A DNA stretch of 64,000 bases from Gemmatimonadota bacterium (GCA_039591655.1 JBDHDE010000001.1:32001-96000); one strand, 5' to 3'. Counted from the stretch's first letter, positions 39,542 to 50,264 are shown. Program-made: numbers and translations. The notes: a model not told the origin generated them from the letters alone.

Positions 39542-40266
39542 CCCTGCGAGTCCTTGAGGAGCGAATCCAGGTCGAGCCCGCGCCGCCGAAACCTGGGTGC
39601 CTCGCCCTGTGGGCTCACCGCGCCGGCCGAGATGACGAGCTTCATCGCCTCGTCGATCGTGATGCTGACCTCCCTGGTCCTGGCCCGTGGCACGACGAGC
39701 ATGAGCCCGGAGGTCGGATTGGGCGTGGTGGGCAGGAACACGTTGATGCACGGCTCGCCCACTATCTCCGACATGACCGGCGCGTCCTCGTTGGTCACGA
39801 ACGCCAAGGCCCACATCCCTTCCGTGGGATAGGGAACGAGCACGACACGGCGGAAGAAGCTGCGCTGCTCGCCGATGACCGTCTGCACGATCTGGCTCAT
39901 CGTGTTGTAGATGCGGCCCGTCAGGGGAAACCGCGCGAGGGCTTCGTTCCACCAGTGCAGTAGCTGGCGGCCGGCAGCCAGGTGTACCGCCCAGCCTACT
40001 GCCAGCACCGCAAGCAGGAGGAGGACGAACCCGAGCCCCGGAATGCGAAAGCCCAGGGCGGCCCGCAGCGGGTCTCCCAGGATGTTATCGATCGTGCGGA
40101 ACAGCCAAACGAGCACGACCGCCGTCACCCCGACGGGCGCCATGACGATGAGGCCGGTGAAGAAGTAACGCCGGATGCGGCGCGCCTTGGTCTTCACCCC
40201 TGCGGGATCCACCCTCTCGAACTGCCCGCTGAGCCGCTCCTTGAGTTGCTGAACCGGATCCTTCAT
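39538..40266 (-). CDS. DUF502 family membrane protein
   Basis: FFTGL..P, VLVPYP and VFLPTTPNPTSG. Confidence 0.9.
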   Translation of the reverse strand: MKDPVQQLKERLSGQFERVDPAGVKTKARRIRRYFFTGLIVMAPVGVTAVVLVWLFRTIDNILGDPLRAALGFRIPGLGFVLLLLAVLAVGWAVHLAAGRQLLHWWNEALARFPLTGRIYNTMSQIVQTVIGEQRSFFRRVVLVPYPTEGMWALAFVTNEDAPVMSEIVGEPCINVFLPTTPNPTSGLMLVVPRARTREVSITIDEAMKLVISAGAVSPQGEAPRFRRRGLDLDSLLKDSQG

Positions 40267-41459
40267 TTCGTCTTGCCTCGCTCCAACGAAACGCTCGGCA
40301 CGGGTCCTCGGCGTATTAGGACCCGCTCCAGGCGCGTAGGCGTGGCCGATAGTACGTCGAACTCGAGACCCGCCATCACGAATCGCTCGCCGACCTGCGG
40401 GATTCGGCCAGCCGCCCGCGCCAGGAGCCCGCCGATGGTTTCGGCTTCTTCGGGAAGAGCCACACCGTAGTGCGCCGAGACCTCCTCGAGGGGGGTCGCT
40501 CCGGTAGCCTCCAACAGCCTGACGGCAGGGGCGTCCTCAGATCGCACCTCGTCGTGCTCCTCGAAGATCTCGCCAACCAGCTCCTCGAGCAGGTCCTCGA
40601 ACGTGACGATCCCGGCTGTCCCCCCGTACTCGTCCAGGACAACGGCCAAGTGGCGGCGCTCCCGCTGCATTTCGAACAAGAGATCGGCACACGGCTTCGA
40701 TCCCGGCGCCGACGCAATCGGCCGGAGCGGCAGCTCCGCGCCCGGTGCGACCTTCAAGAGATCGAAGGCGTAGATCATTCCCAGAATGTTGTCCAGCGAC
40801 TCTCGGTAGATCGGAATGCGCGAGTACCCGGAGTCGGCGAAGAGCCGCCCAACCTCTTCTAGCGATGCGCCCTCTCGCACCGCCACGATCTCCGTACGGG
40901 GCGTCATGACCTCCCGGATCGGTCGTTCGGTAAACAGCAGCACCTCTGAGAGCACGGGCAGCTGGTCCCGCTCCAAGGACTCCTCGGCGTCACCACCCCG
41001 CAGGCGCGCGTCGAGGGCGCTGCCCGGCCCGGCATCTGCCGCACGCGGGAAGAAGGGTGCGAAGATGGCCGCTAGCCGCCGCAGCCAAGGTACGGTGCGC
41101 CGTACGGTGCCGGCAGGCCAGCGCCGGCCCACCGCCCGCGGCAGCGCATACACCACCCCCAATAGCAGCGGGATGCCCGCCAGCAGCAGCGCGCCGGAGG
41201 CCAAGGGCTGCGGCAGCCCGCGTGCGACCTCCGCCATTCCCAACGCGCTCAGGATGACCCCGGAGGTCGCGACACCGTGGGCCGCTCTGAGGATCCGGCC
41301 GGGAGCTGAGAGCACCGTGGAGGCGGCGCCGGCTCCCGGGAGATCACCCGCCGCCCAGCGGTAGAGATCCACGCGGCGCACGGCTGCCGCGCTCACACCG
41401 GCGACGACACCGCTGCCCGCTATGAGCGCACCGAGGACGACCAGCGCCCAACCGATCAC
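40263..41459 (-). CDS. Hemolysin/CNNM-CorC family CBS-domain protein
   Basis: EVMTPR, YSRIPIY, VLDEYGGTAGIVTFEDLLEELVGEI and CorC C-domain. Confidence 0.9.
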   Translation of the reverse strand: MIGWALVVLGALIAGSGVVAGVSAAAVRRVDLYRWAAGDLPGAGAASTVLSAPGRILRAAHGVATSGVILSALGMAEVARGLPQPLASGALLLAGIPLLLGVVYALPRAVGRRWPAGTVRRTVPWLRRLAAIFAPFFPRAADAGPGSALDARLRGGDAEESLERDQLPVLSEVLLFTERPIREVMTPRTEIVAVREGASLEEVGRLFADSGYSRIPIYRESLDNILGMIYAFDLLKVAPGAELPLRPIASAPGSKPCADLLFEMQRERRHLAVVLDEYGGTAGIVTFEDLLEELVGEIFEEHDEVRSEDAPAVRLLEATGATPLEEVSAHYGVALPEEAETIGGLLARAAGRIPQVGERFVMAGLEFDVLSATPTRLERVLIRRGPVPSVSLERGKTK

Positions 41460-42655
41460 GTTCCTTCCTCCAGCGCCGCCTCGGCGTCCACGCCGTCGGG
41501 ACGGCGCTCGAAGTACACCCGCCGGATCCTGCGCCGTATGACCTGCTCCACCACCACCCGGAACTCGCCGATGCGGAGCTCCTCACCGGGACGCGGCACC
41601 CGGCCGAGCTCCGAGTAGACGAGCCCTCCCACGGTCGCCACGTCCTCACGATCCATGGTGGTATGCAGCGCCTCCGACAGCGTGTCGAGTGTCACGCTCC
41701 CATCCACCCAGAACCGATCTTCGCCCTCCGACGTCACCGGCGGGGCCAAGTCCCGGTCGTACTCGCCATGAATCTCCCCCACGACCTCCTCGAGCACATC
41801 CTCCAGCGTCAGCAGGCCCGCAGTGCCGCCAAACTCGTCAACGACGATGGCGAGATGCGTCGGCCCCCGTTGGAAGTCACGCAGCTGCGCGGCGAGCGAT
41901 TTCGATTCGGGCACGAAGAGGGCCGGGCGTACCAGTTCCTGCCAGCGGTCCGGTCGTGGCGCAATGCCAGCGACGGCCGGTGTGAGATCCTTGGCGTAGA
42001 GCACCCCGACGATGGTGTCCAGGTCCTGATCGTACACGGGGAGCCGCGCGTGCTCGCCGCGCCGCAGCCCCTCGACCACCTCGCCCCATTCCGCCTGCTC
42101 CTCAATGGCCACTATGTCGAGCCGCGGTGTCATGGCCTCGGCCACGTCACTGTCGCGCAGCGAGACGATGCCCGCCAGCACGTCGCGCTCTGGTGTGCCC
42201 AGAGTGCTCTCGCGAGGAACGCTGGGCGGTAGCGCAACTTGCAGCCCACGCTCCAGAGCGGTCACGAGGCCCAACAGCGGGGCGAACGGCGTGAGGCTGC
42301 GGCGCGCGAGCGGAGCAGCGGCGGCGGCCAGCTGCGGGGCGAGCACCCCCACACCGCGGGGGAGCCCATCCGCTACCACGTAGAGGAGAGCGCCCGCGAG
42401 CACCAGCGTCGCGGCGGCCTCTGGCGGCGGGCGGCTCCACCAACCCACGGCGCCGGAGGCCGCGACCCCCGCTACCACGAGCAAGGCCATGCGGCTCACT
42501 TCGATCGCGCGATAGAGGGGCACCGCTTGCCCGCGCGCCGTCGGCGGATCGCCCAGCGCCCGCGCCAGGGTGGGAGCCTCTTCGGCGAGCACCAGGAGGC
42601 CGGCCCAGAGCGCAGCCAAGGCCGCGACCGCGATGCTGCCGAGCATTACCGACAT
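41456..42655 (-). CDS. Hemolysin/CNNM-CorC family CBS-domain protein
   Basis: AMTPR, HARLPVY, VVDEFGGTAGLLTLEDVLEEVVGEI and TVGGLV. Confidence 0.9.
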   Translation of the reverse strand: MSVMLGSIAVAALAALWAGLLVLAEEAPTLARALGDPPTARGQAVPLYRAIEVSRMALLVVAGVAASGAVGWWSRPPPEAAATLVLAGALLYVVADGLPRGVGVLAPQLAAAAAPLARRSLTPFAPLLGLVTALERGLQVALPPSVPRESTLGTPERDVLAGIVSLRDSDVAEAMTPRLDIVAIEEQAEWGEVVEGLRRGEHARLPVYDQDLDTIVGVLYAKDLTPAVAGIAPRPDRWQELVRPALFVPESKSLAAQLRDFQRGPTHLAIVVDEFGGTAGLLTLEDVLEEVVGEIHGEYDRDLAPPVTSEGEDRFWVDGSVTLDTLSEALHTTMDREDVATVGGLVYSELGRVPRPGEELRIGEFRVVVEQVIRRRIRRVYFERRPDGVDAEAALEEGT

Positions 42656-42659
42656 TCCG

Positions 42660-43136
42660 TCACCTCAGCGCGCGGGCTGCGAGGCGCCGAACGTAGCGCT
42701 CCTGAACCCGCCACATGCGCGACCCTGACCGCGCGGTCCCTTCGGGATGCTCGTGACCCAGCACGTGGAGCACCCCGTGGATCACCAACCGCATCGTCTC
42801 CTGGCGTACCGGCACACCTGCCTCCCGTGCGGTGCGGCGCGCGACGCTGGGACAGATGTAGATGTCTCCAGCCACCACGCCCGGGTGGTGCAGAGGGAAC
42901 GCGATCACGTCGGTGGCTCGATCCCGGGCCAAGGAGCGGCGGTTGAGCGCCCGCATCCGCTGACTCGAGAGGAACGTGATGCTGATTGCTGCAGCACCCA
43001 CCCCTTCACCTTCCAGGACCGCGTTCGCCCAGTGACGCACGGTGGCCACCGCGACTCCGGCCGGCGCCCCCGCCTCCGCCACCCGGACGTCACGCGCCGG
43101 AGGCTGCCGCTTCCCAGTCCGCACCGATGCCGCCAC
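42660..43136 (-). CDS. ybeY: rRNA maturation RNase YbeY (start uncertain)
   Basis: LNR, TDVIAF, GDIYIC and HGVLHVLGHEH. Confidence 0.93.
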   Translation of the reverse strand: MAASVRTGKRQPPARDVRVAEAGAPAGVAVATVRHWANAVLEGEGVGAAAISITFLSSQRMRALNRRSLARDRATDVIAFPLHHPGVVAGDIYICPSVARRTAREAGVPVRQETMRLVIHGVLHVLGHEHPEGTARSGSRMWRVQERYVRRLAARALR

Positions 43137-45297
43137 TCGCCGCCGGGTAGTCGATGCGGTTGTGGTGGGCGCCCCCGAGCACCCGCACGAACTCCTCGCG
43201 GAGGCGGTTGAGTTGCACCAGGGTGAGGGGCGCTTCTTCGAGCTGGCCCGCTTCGATACGGTGCCGAATGATGTGATCTATGGCGTTCCCCAGCTTCTCG
43301 GGCGACGGGTCCTCCAAGACCCTGATGGCCGCTTCCACGCCGTCGGCGAGCATGGCGGCGGCGGTCTCCACCGATTGGGGACGCGGCCCGGGGTAGCGGT
43401 AGTCCTCGAGATCGACACCCGCTTCCGGCTCCCGGCTCCGGGCACGCTCTAGGAAGTAGGTGATCTCCATGGTGCCGTGGTGCTCCGGGATGAACGCCTT
43501 CACGACCTCGGGCAGCTTGGACTCCTCCGCCAGGGCGATGCCGTCCCTCACATGGTTGCGGATGATCCCCGCTGAGACCTCGGGCTTCAGCTTGTCGTGC
43601 GGGTTGGTGCCAGGCGTCTGGTTCTCGACGAAATGCTGCGGCTTCTTGAGCTTTCCGACGTCGTGGTAGTAGCACCCCACCCGCGCCAGGAGTCCATTGG
43701 CACCGATGGCATTGCACGCCGCCTCGCACAGGTTGGCCATGGCGATGCTGTGTGCGTAGGTGCCGGGCGCCTCGGTGGCCAAGCGTCTCAGCAGGGACCG
43801 GTCCGGATCGGACAGCTCCAGGAGCGTCAGGTCCGTCGTTATCCGTGTAACCGATTCCACGACGGGCAGCAGCGTGAATGCCAGCGCGGCGGACGCAAAG
43901 GCCGTCAGCCCACCACGCAGCCCGGTGAGTCCAACCTCGGTGAGGGACCAGTCCGCACGGAGGCCCACTGTGATCCCGGTGAGGAGGTAGGCACTCGCCA
44001 CCACCACCACTGCGATCAGGAACTGATTGCGCCGCCGGATCGACCGCACGCTCACTGCGGCGGCCACCCCGCCCACCATCGCAACCAACAGGGTGTCAAC
44101 GTCAGCATACACGGACTGGGAGGCAACGAGTACGGCCAAGACCATCGCCGCCACCATGGCCACGCGCCCCCTGAAGAGGACCGTGATCAACATTGCCGCG
44201 AAGGGGATCGGAATGAGCTCGGGAGCGTCAACGATGAACCGTACAGTCAGCGCCGCGCCGACAACCACGACGCCGAAGAGCAGGGCCAGCACCAGCATGT
44301 GCCTGAACGTGGCGTAGGTGCGTGGCCGGTAGAGCATGATGAGGAGCCAAAACACTCCGATGACCAAGCCGTTGGCCAGCACCTGCCCGATGCTTGCCCC
44401 CACACTGCGGTCCTCGCCGCCGCGCTTGAACTGCTCCGCCCGTAGAGCCGCCAGTCGTTCGTGGACCTCCTGGGTGACGACCTCGTTGGCATCGATGATC
44501 CGCTCACTCGCCTGCACCCGGTACTTGACCGGATCCAAGCTCTCCCGCAACTCACGCCGGTGTTGCTCGTACTCCGCCGTGTTGGGCACGAGCGTCGGCT
44601 GGAACAGCCCGTTGATCAGCTTGACGAAGACCGGATTGGACAGGGGCGCCTGGGGATCGGGCTGGAATGCCTCGCGGCTGGCGAAGAACAGCTCCCGCGT
44701 GAGCAGGGTGTCCCGACGGACGACGGCCTCACGCTCGCCTCGCCGCAGCACGACCTCGGTTGTCCGCTCCTCCTCCAGCGTACCGAAGTCTGCAACCCCT
44801 CGAGGCAGGTAGCGGCGGTACATGTTCCTGAGCGCCCCACGAAACCGGTTGAGTCGCCCCCCCTCCATCAGGTACGCTGCCTCCTCCACCGTCAGTGCCA
44901 CCCCTGCCCCCTGGGCAATGGTGACGAGGCTGTCGGGGACCGCCACGCCACTCAGGGTCGCGAACAGGGAATCGATCGCTGCCAGCACCGTGTCCAGGAC
45001 TCCGCCGCGGTACTCGTAGATGGGCCGCACGGTACCCTCGAGCTGTGCCGCCTCCCGTTCCTGCTCGGCCGGCGACTTCTCCACATCGAAGGCGAACGGG
45101 GCAATCACCTCCTCCTGCGCGACGTCGCCCGGGTCGGGCACCTGCCCTTCGAATCCACCAGCTACGGGGAACAGGAGGTACGTCAGCACAGCCAGCGCCA
45201 GCAGCAAGCCCCAGCGGGCAGCGTGAAACGCTACGTCTCCGGGCACCCGGCTCGGCTTGAGCTCGAGGTTCAGAGAAGGACGTGATCGCCTGGTCAT
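43090..45297 (-). CDS. 7TM-HD phosphohydrolase (PgpH-like putative cyclic di-AMP phosphodiesterase)
   Basis: Extracellular domain, 7 TM, APGTYAHS, YYHDVGK, FVENQ, EHHGT and YPGPRP; phoH-HD-ybeY synteny. Confidence 0.9.
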   Translation of the reverse strand: MTRRSRPSLNLELKPSRVPGDVAFHAARWGLLLALAVLTYLLFPVAGGFEGQVPDPGDVAQEEVIAPFAFDVEKSPAEQEREAAQLEGTVRPIYEYRGGVLDTVLAAIDSLFATLSGVAVPDSLVTIAQGAGVALTVEEAAYLMEGGRLNRFRGALRNMYRRYLPRGVADFGTLEEERTTEVVLRRGEREAVVRRDTLLTRELFFASREAFQPDPQAPLSNPVFVKLINGLFQPTLVPNTAEYEQHRRELRESLDPVKYRVQASERIIDANEVVTQEVHERLAALRAEQFKRGGEDRSVGASIGQVLANGLVIGVFWLLIMLYRPRTYATFRHMLVLALLFGVVVVGAALTVRFIVDAPELIPIPFAAMLITVLFRGRVAMVAAMVLAVLVASQSVYADVDTLLVAMVGGVAAAVSVRSIRRRNQFLIAVVVVASAYLLTGITVGLRADWSLTEVGLTGLRGGLTAFASAALAFTLLPVVESVTRITTDLTLLELSDPDRSLLRRLATEAPGTYAHSIAMANLCEAACNAIGANGLLARVGCYYHDVGKLKKPQHFVENQTPGTNPHDKLKPEVSAGIIRNHVRDGIALAEESKLPEVVKAFIPEHHGTMEITYFLERARSREPEAGVDLEDYRYPGPRPQSVETAAAMLADGVEAAIRVLEDPSPEKLGNAIDHIIRHRIEAGQLEEAPLTLVQLNRLREEFVRVLGGAHHNRIDYPAASGGIGADWEAAASGA

Positions 45298-46244
45298 GTC
45301 CCCTGGTCCTCCGTGTACGCGCGAATGATCTCCTTCACGAGACGGTGCCGTACCACGTCGCGTTCGTCCAGGTAGCAGAAGGCGACGCCATCGATTCCGG
45401 GGAGGATGCGCTCCACCTGTATCAGGCCCGATTCCTCGCGGAGCGGGAGGTCTATCTGGGTCTTGTCACCGGCAATGACCGCCCGCGAGTTCAGGCCTAG
45501 CCGAGTCAGGAACATCTTCATCTGCATGCCGCTTACGTTCTGTGCCTCGTCGAGGATGACGAACGCGTCCTGGAGCGTCCGGCCCCGCATGTAGCCCAAC
45601 GGTGCAATCTCGATCGTCCGCGTCTCCAGCGCCCGCTGAATCCGGTCCAGGGGCATCATGTCCTCCAGGGCATCGTACAGAGGACGCAGGTAGGGATCGA
45701 CCTTCGCCTGGAGGTCCCCCGGCAGGAATCCCAACCGCTCCCCCGCCTCCACCGCCGGACGGGCAAGCACGAGGCGCCGTACGTGCTTCCGGGTGAGGGC
45801 CTCGACCCCCATCGCCACGGCGAGATAGGTTTTGCCGGTGCCGGCGGGCCCCACGCTGATCACGATCTCGCTCTCTCGCATGGCCTCGACGTACTGGCGC
45901 TGTCCCGCCGTCTTCGGCTGTACCGCCCGCCGGGCGCCGGGAAGCAGGATCTTGAGATTCCCGTTGGCCAGGTGGGCGTCCTTGCCGCCGTCGGCCACCA
46001 GTCGCCTCACGTCCTCGGCGTTGAGCGTCTCGCCGAGACGGGCGAGATCGACCATCGCGGTTGCCGCGCGGGTAGCGCGCTCCACCGCGTCGAGCTCTCC
46101 GGACAACGTGCACTGCTCGCCGCGTACCGAGACCTGCACCCCGGTAGCCTCCTCGAGCTCCCGCAGGTTGGAGTCATTGACGCCTGCCAGGGTGAGGGGG
46201 TCGGCACCTTCGGTCGAAATGCGGTGCACCACTTCCTTGCTCAT
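45294..46244 (-). CDS. PhoH family ATPase
   Basis: GPAGTGKTYLA, RPAVEAGERLGFLPGDL, MRGRTL and DEAQN. Confidence 0.95.
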   Translation of the reverse strand: MSKEVVHRISTEGADPLTLAGVNDSNLRELEEATGVQVSVRGEQCTLSGELDAVERATRAATAMVDLARLGETLNAEDVRRLVADGGKDAHLANGNLKILLPGARRAVQPKTAGQRQYVEAMRESEIVISVGPAGTGKTYLAVAMGVEALTRKHVRRLVLARPAVEAGERLGFLPGDLQAKVDPYLRPLYDALEDMMPLDRIQRALETRTIEIAPLGYMRGRTLQDAFVILDEAQNVSGMQMKMFLTRLGLNSRAVIAGDKTQIDLPLREESGLIQVERILPGIDGVAFCYLDERDVVRHRLVKEIIRAYTEDQGT

Positions 46245-48016
46245 GCGTTATCGACCTTCAGCGCGAGCTCGCTGAGCTCGGCCGCATTCAGGACCGTGGG
46301 AGCGTCCTCGAACAGCGCACGCGCCGCCGTCGTCTTCGGGAACGCGATCACGTCGCGCAGGTTCTCGACCCCCGCCAGCAACATCGCCACGCGATCGAAC
46401 CCCACGGCGAACCCCCCGTGAGGCGGCGCTCCGGCACGGAGCGCGCGCAGCAGGAAGCCGAAGCGGCGCTCCGCTTCCGCCTGGGAGATCCCCAGCAGAT
46501 CGAACACCAGCAGCTGGATCTCGGGATCGGTGATTCGGATGGATCCGCTGCCCAGCTCATGGCCATTGTAGACCAGGTCGTAGTGTAACGCGCGAACACC
46601 CAGCCGCTCGCCGGCCCTGAGCTGATCGACGTCGTCGGGATGCGGTGCCGTAAATGGGTGATGCGCCACCAACCAGCTGTCGGACCCGGCGTCCCACTCG
46701 AACAGGGGGAACTGCTCGACCCACGCGAAGGCATGCGCGGCGGTGGCAACGGGCTTCAGGCGCCCGATGACTCCGCGACGGACCAGGTCCAAGGCCGGTG
46801 AGGTCACGTGGTCGGGTCCCGCCGTAACCAGGAGCAGCGCTCCATCTTCGAGCTCGGCGGCAGCCGCGCTCACGCCGTCGAGCTTGGCCAGCGGTCCCGT
46901 GAGCTGTCCATTGTGGTGCTTGAGAGTGGCGAGCCCCCCGGCGCCAACCTCCTTGGCGAGACCGGTCAGGGCATCCACATCCTTGCGGGACAACGCGGCC
47001 CCGCCAGGTATGCACAGGCCCCGCACCCGACCGCCGTCTGCCACGGCGTCATCGAAGGCCCGAAAGCCCCGGCCACCGAGGAGACCGGTCAGGTCGCTGA
47101 GGGGGAACCCGTAGCGCAGGTCGGGCTTGTCCGTGCCGTAGCGCTCCATCGCATCGGCGAATGCCAGCCGCTCAAACGGCGCCGACACCTGGTGCCCCGC
47201 CTCCTCCCACAGGCCCGGGAAGAGCGTCTCCAACACCCCGTACACGTCCTCGGGTGCAACGAACGACGCTTCGATATCGATCTGGGTGAACTCCGGTTGC
47301 CGGTCGGCCCGCAGATCCTCGTCCCGGAAACAGCGGGCCAGCTGGAAGTACCGATCGAACCCCGCCACCATGAGAAGCTGCTTGTAGAGTTGGGGCGACT
47401 GCGGCAGCGCATAGAACTGGCCGCGGTGCACCCGTGACGGCACCAGGAAGTCCCTGGCGCCCTCTGGCGTCGGCTTCGTCAGAATGGGCGTCTCGATCTC
47501 GTAGAAGTCGAGAGCAGTGAGGGTGGCTCGCGCCCGTTGGAGCAACCGATGGCGCAGGGCGAAGTTGCGCTGCAGATCGGGCCGCCGAAGATCCAGGTGC
47601 CGGTGCAGCAGCCGCAGCTCCTCGCCAGGCAACTCCTCCCCCTTGGTGCGCCATACGGGGATCGGCAACGCCTCCAGTGCGGCCGGGCCGACGACCTCGA
47701 GTTGGTCTGCGTGCACCTCTACCTCGCCGGTCGCCATATCGGGATTCAGGGCTTCCGCCGGCCGGGGGGCGACCTCTCCGCCCACCAGGATCACGGACTC
47801 GGTCGTCACCGCCGTCGCCTGCTCGATGACCTCCGGCGGACTCCAGTCCGGTCCGAATGCGACCTGCACGATCCCGTCGCGGTCGCGCAGATCCAGGAAG
47901 ATCAGCCCGCCGAGATCGCGCCGGCGGTGGATCCAGCCGCCGAGCTTCACGCGCGAGCCGACATGGGACGCGCGGAGAGCACCGCAGCGGTGTGTGCGCA
48001 TGGCAGTGGCGGTCAT
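46241..48016 (-). CDS. aspS: Aspartate--tRNA ligase
   Basis: MRTHRCG, RRDLGG, TPEGARDF, YALPQSPQ, CFRDEDLRADRQPEFTQ and GAPPHGG. Confidence 0.97.
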   Translation of the reverse strand: MTATAMRTHRCGALRASHVGSRVKLGGWIHRRRDLGGLIFLDLRDRDGIVQVAFGPDWSPPEVIEQATAVTTESVILVGGEVAPRPAEALNPDMATGEVEVHADQLEVVGPAALEALPIPVWRTKGEELPGEELRLLHRHLDLRRPDLQRNFALRHRLLQRARATLTALDFYEIETPILTKPTPEGARDFLVPSRVHRGQFYALPQSPQLYKQLLMVAGFDRYFQLARCFRDEDLRADRQPEFTQIDIEASFVAPEDVYGVLETLFPGLWEEAGHQVSAPFERLAFADAMERYGTDKPDLRYGFPLSDLTGLLGGRGFRAFDDAVADGGRVRGLCIPGGAALSRKDVDALTGLAKEVGAGGLATLKHHNGQLTGPLAKLDGVSAAAAELEDGALLLVTAGPDHVTSPALDLVRRGVIGRLKPVATAAHAFAWVEQFPLFEWDAGSDSWLVAHHPFTAPHPDDVDQLRAGERLGVRALHYDLVYNGHELGSGSIRITDPEIQLLVFDLLGISQAEAERRFGFLLRALRAGAPPHGGFAVGFDRVAMLLAGVENLRDVIAFPKTTAARALFEDAPTVLNAAELSELALKVDNA

Positions 48017-48297
48017 TGGTCGCTCAGCCTAGACGGTGTACGCCGTGCACGAGACGCGGTGGGACGTCGTTGGGTTGCCGGCACCGCCTGGGCGCGCAGC
48101 CGGATGCGCGGCGGGTGGGCTGCTCGCCTGAGGCCGTCTGTTGATGGGAACGCTGGTCGATGTTGGTATCGTCAAGTCGCTCGTTCGCCGCGACGTAGAG
48201 GTCGCCCAAGTACCGTTGCTGATTGAACATAATGGCCCCCTAGGGGGGCAGCAAGCGGCGCCTTGACACCTCCCCGGGGCGCGGCGAACCTTTCCCC

Positions 48298-49203
48298 GTG
48301 CGATCCACCGCCCCCTGGGCGCTCCTCGTTCTCAGCCTGCTCGGAGCCCGGCTGGAGGCCCAAGCCCCTGCTGCCGCCGATCTGTGGCGGGTCACCACGA
48401 CCTCTCTCACCAGGCCCGCCGCGCTCCAGTCCGGCACGATAGGCGTATTCTGGAACCCGGCGCCCGGTCCAGCGCCCGGGGGACTCGGGTTGGGGCTGGA
48501 GATGACCCAGACGCCGGATGTCCTGGGGCTGAGCGGGTTCATCGGCGGCGCCGGGTACTCCCCGTGGAAGCCGGTCCAGGTAGGGGTCATCGTCGGCCTA
48601 ATGCAGGTACGCGACCTCGTTCGTACCACGACCTCCCCCAACAGTCAGGACGGGTCGATCCCGGTGCACGAGCTCGTCGTCGGCGCGAACCTGGGCGCCC
48701 GCTCACCCATCGTCCAGGGCGGGGTGCTCCTGGCGCTGCACAGCCAGCGGTTCGACGTGCTCGAGGCGAGCGGTTGGACGCTGGACGCCGGCGTGAAGCT
48801 GACGCCCCACCCACGGCTGCGCCTGGCCGCGGCGACTCATTTCCTCCCCATCGATTTCAGCCGGACGCACACGACGGACTACTACTTGGGGGTCGAGTAC
48901 GTGGTCGGCGATTCGCTGGTGGTAGCCGGCATCGTCACCCGGGTCGCTCTGTCGTACGGTGCAACGTATCCCGGGTCGGGAGACTGGGAGCACACGCTGG
49001 CCGGAGGACTCCAGGTGGGTAGCGCGGTCCTGATCAGCGCCGCGCTCACGAGTGAGTCCGCATACGGTGAGCGGTCCTTCCGCGCCGGCCTCGGCGTCGA
49101 GCTCTTCATCGGCCGCTACGACATCGAGGCGGCGCTGGGCAGCGGCATGAACGACATCGGGCCCACCTATCGCGTCGGAATCGACGCCCGACTGCTGCAG
49201 TGA
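48298..49203 (+). CDS. Secreted, probably outer-membrane beta-barrel hypothetical protein
   Basis: Signal peptide, FWNPA motif and alternating amphipathic beta-strands. Confidence 0.7.
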   Translation: MRSTAPWALLVLSLLGARLEAQAPAAADLWRVTTTSLTRPAALQSGTIGVFWNPAPGPAPGGLGLGLEMTQTPDVLGLSGFIGGAGYSPWKPVQVGVIVGLMQVRDLVRTTTSPNSQDGSIPVHELVVGANLGARSPIVQGGVLLALHSQRFDVLEASGWTLDAGVKLTPHPRLRLAAATHFLPIDFSRTHTTDYYLGVEYVVGDSLVVAGIVTRVALSYGATYPGSGDWEHTLAGGLQVGSAVLISAALTSESAYGERSFRAGLGVELFIGRYDIEAALGSGMNDIGPTYRVGIDARLLQ

Positions 49204-50264
49204 ACCTGCTGGACCTGGCTCCCCAGGAAGCGGTCCGGCAGATCGAGCGCTGGGTCGCGAAGCAGGGCGAGCCAGAATATCGAGCGCGGCAGATCGCGCC
49301 GCGGCTGTGGCAGCGTCCGGTCGCGGCGTGGCATGAGGCCACGGAGCTCCCGACGGCCCTGCGCTCTGCCCTCGCCGCCGCGTTTCCGCTTGCCCGGCCC
49401 GTGGAAGCTGCACGCCAGGTCTCCGGCGACGGAACCATCAAGTTCCTGTGGCAATTCGAGGATCGCGGCGCCGTGGAGTCGGTGCTCATTCCCGAGGGAA
49501 GGCGCCGCACCCTCTGCATCTCCACCCAGGCGGGCTGCGCCTTCGGGTGCACTTTCTGCGCGACGGGCCGCATGGGCTTCCTCCGCCACCTGGCACCCTG
49601 GGAGATCGTCGCTCAGGTGCGCGAGATGTCCCTCGATCCCGCGCTCGGCAAGCCCAGCAACGTGGTCTTCATGGGAATGGGCGAGCCGCTCCACAACTGG
49701 AAGGCCGTGGACCGCGCACTCACCATCTTGAACGACGAGGGGGGACTCGGTATCGGGGCGCGGCACATCACGGTCAGCACGGTGGGGATCGTGCCACGGC
49801 TGCGGGACCTCGCCCGGCGGCCGGAGCAGTTCCGCGTGGCGCTGTCGCTCCACGCCCCCAGCAGCGAGCAGCGGTTGCTCCTGATGCCGGTGGAGCGGAA
49901 GTACCCCCTCTCCGATGTGCTGGACGTGCTGCGGCGCTTCCCGCGGCGCGTCACGTTCGAGTACGTGATGATCAGGGGGGTGAACGACTCCGAGACCAGC
50001 GCCCTCGAGCTGGCGCGGCATGCCCGCGCGTTGGGCGCGCTGGTGAACCTCCTTGCGCTGCATCCGGGGGGCGCACCGGAGCTCGAGCCGACGCCGCAAG
50101 AGGAGATCCGGCGCTTTGCGGCGCTGCTCGAAGGTCAGGGTGTGAGCGTGACGGTCCGCAAGAGCCGCGGCCTGGATATCAGTGCCGCCTGCGGCCAGTT
50201 ACGGACCGAAGTGGACCAGGGGCGCGACGTCGCTCCCCAGAAACACGCTGGCATCGAGGAGTAG
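49200..50264 (+). CDS. rlmN: Dual-specificity RNA methyltransferase RlmN
   Basis: CISTQAGCAFGCTFCATG radical-SAM motif, FMGMGEP, SLHA, FEYV and AACGQL. Confidence 0.96.
   Translation: MNLLDLAPQEAVRQIERWVAKQGEPEYRARQIAPRLWQRPVAAWHEATELPTALRSALAAAFPLARPVEAARQVSGDGTIKFLWQFEDRGAVESVLIPEGRRRTLCISTQAGCAFGCTFCATGRMGFLRHLAPWEIVAQVREMSLDPALGKPSNVVFMGMGEPLHNWKAVDRALTILNDEGGLGIGARHITVSTVGIVPRLRDLARRPEQFRVALSLHAPSSEQRLLLMPVERKYPLSDVLDVLRRFPRRVTFEYVMIRGVNDSETSALELARHARALGALVNLLALHPGGAPELEPTPQEEIRRFAALLEGQGVSVTVRKSRGLDISAACGQLRTEVDQGRDVAPQKHAGIEE

Noticed and set aside
48024..48230. 68-aa minus-strand ORF upstream of aspS
   Set aside because: No recognisable motif, low-complexity C-terminal half, and it overlaps the probable aspS promoter; cannot be supported, though not fully excluded
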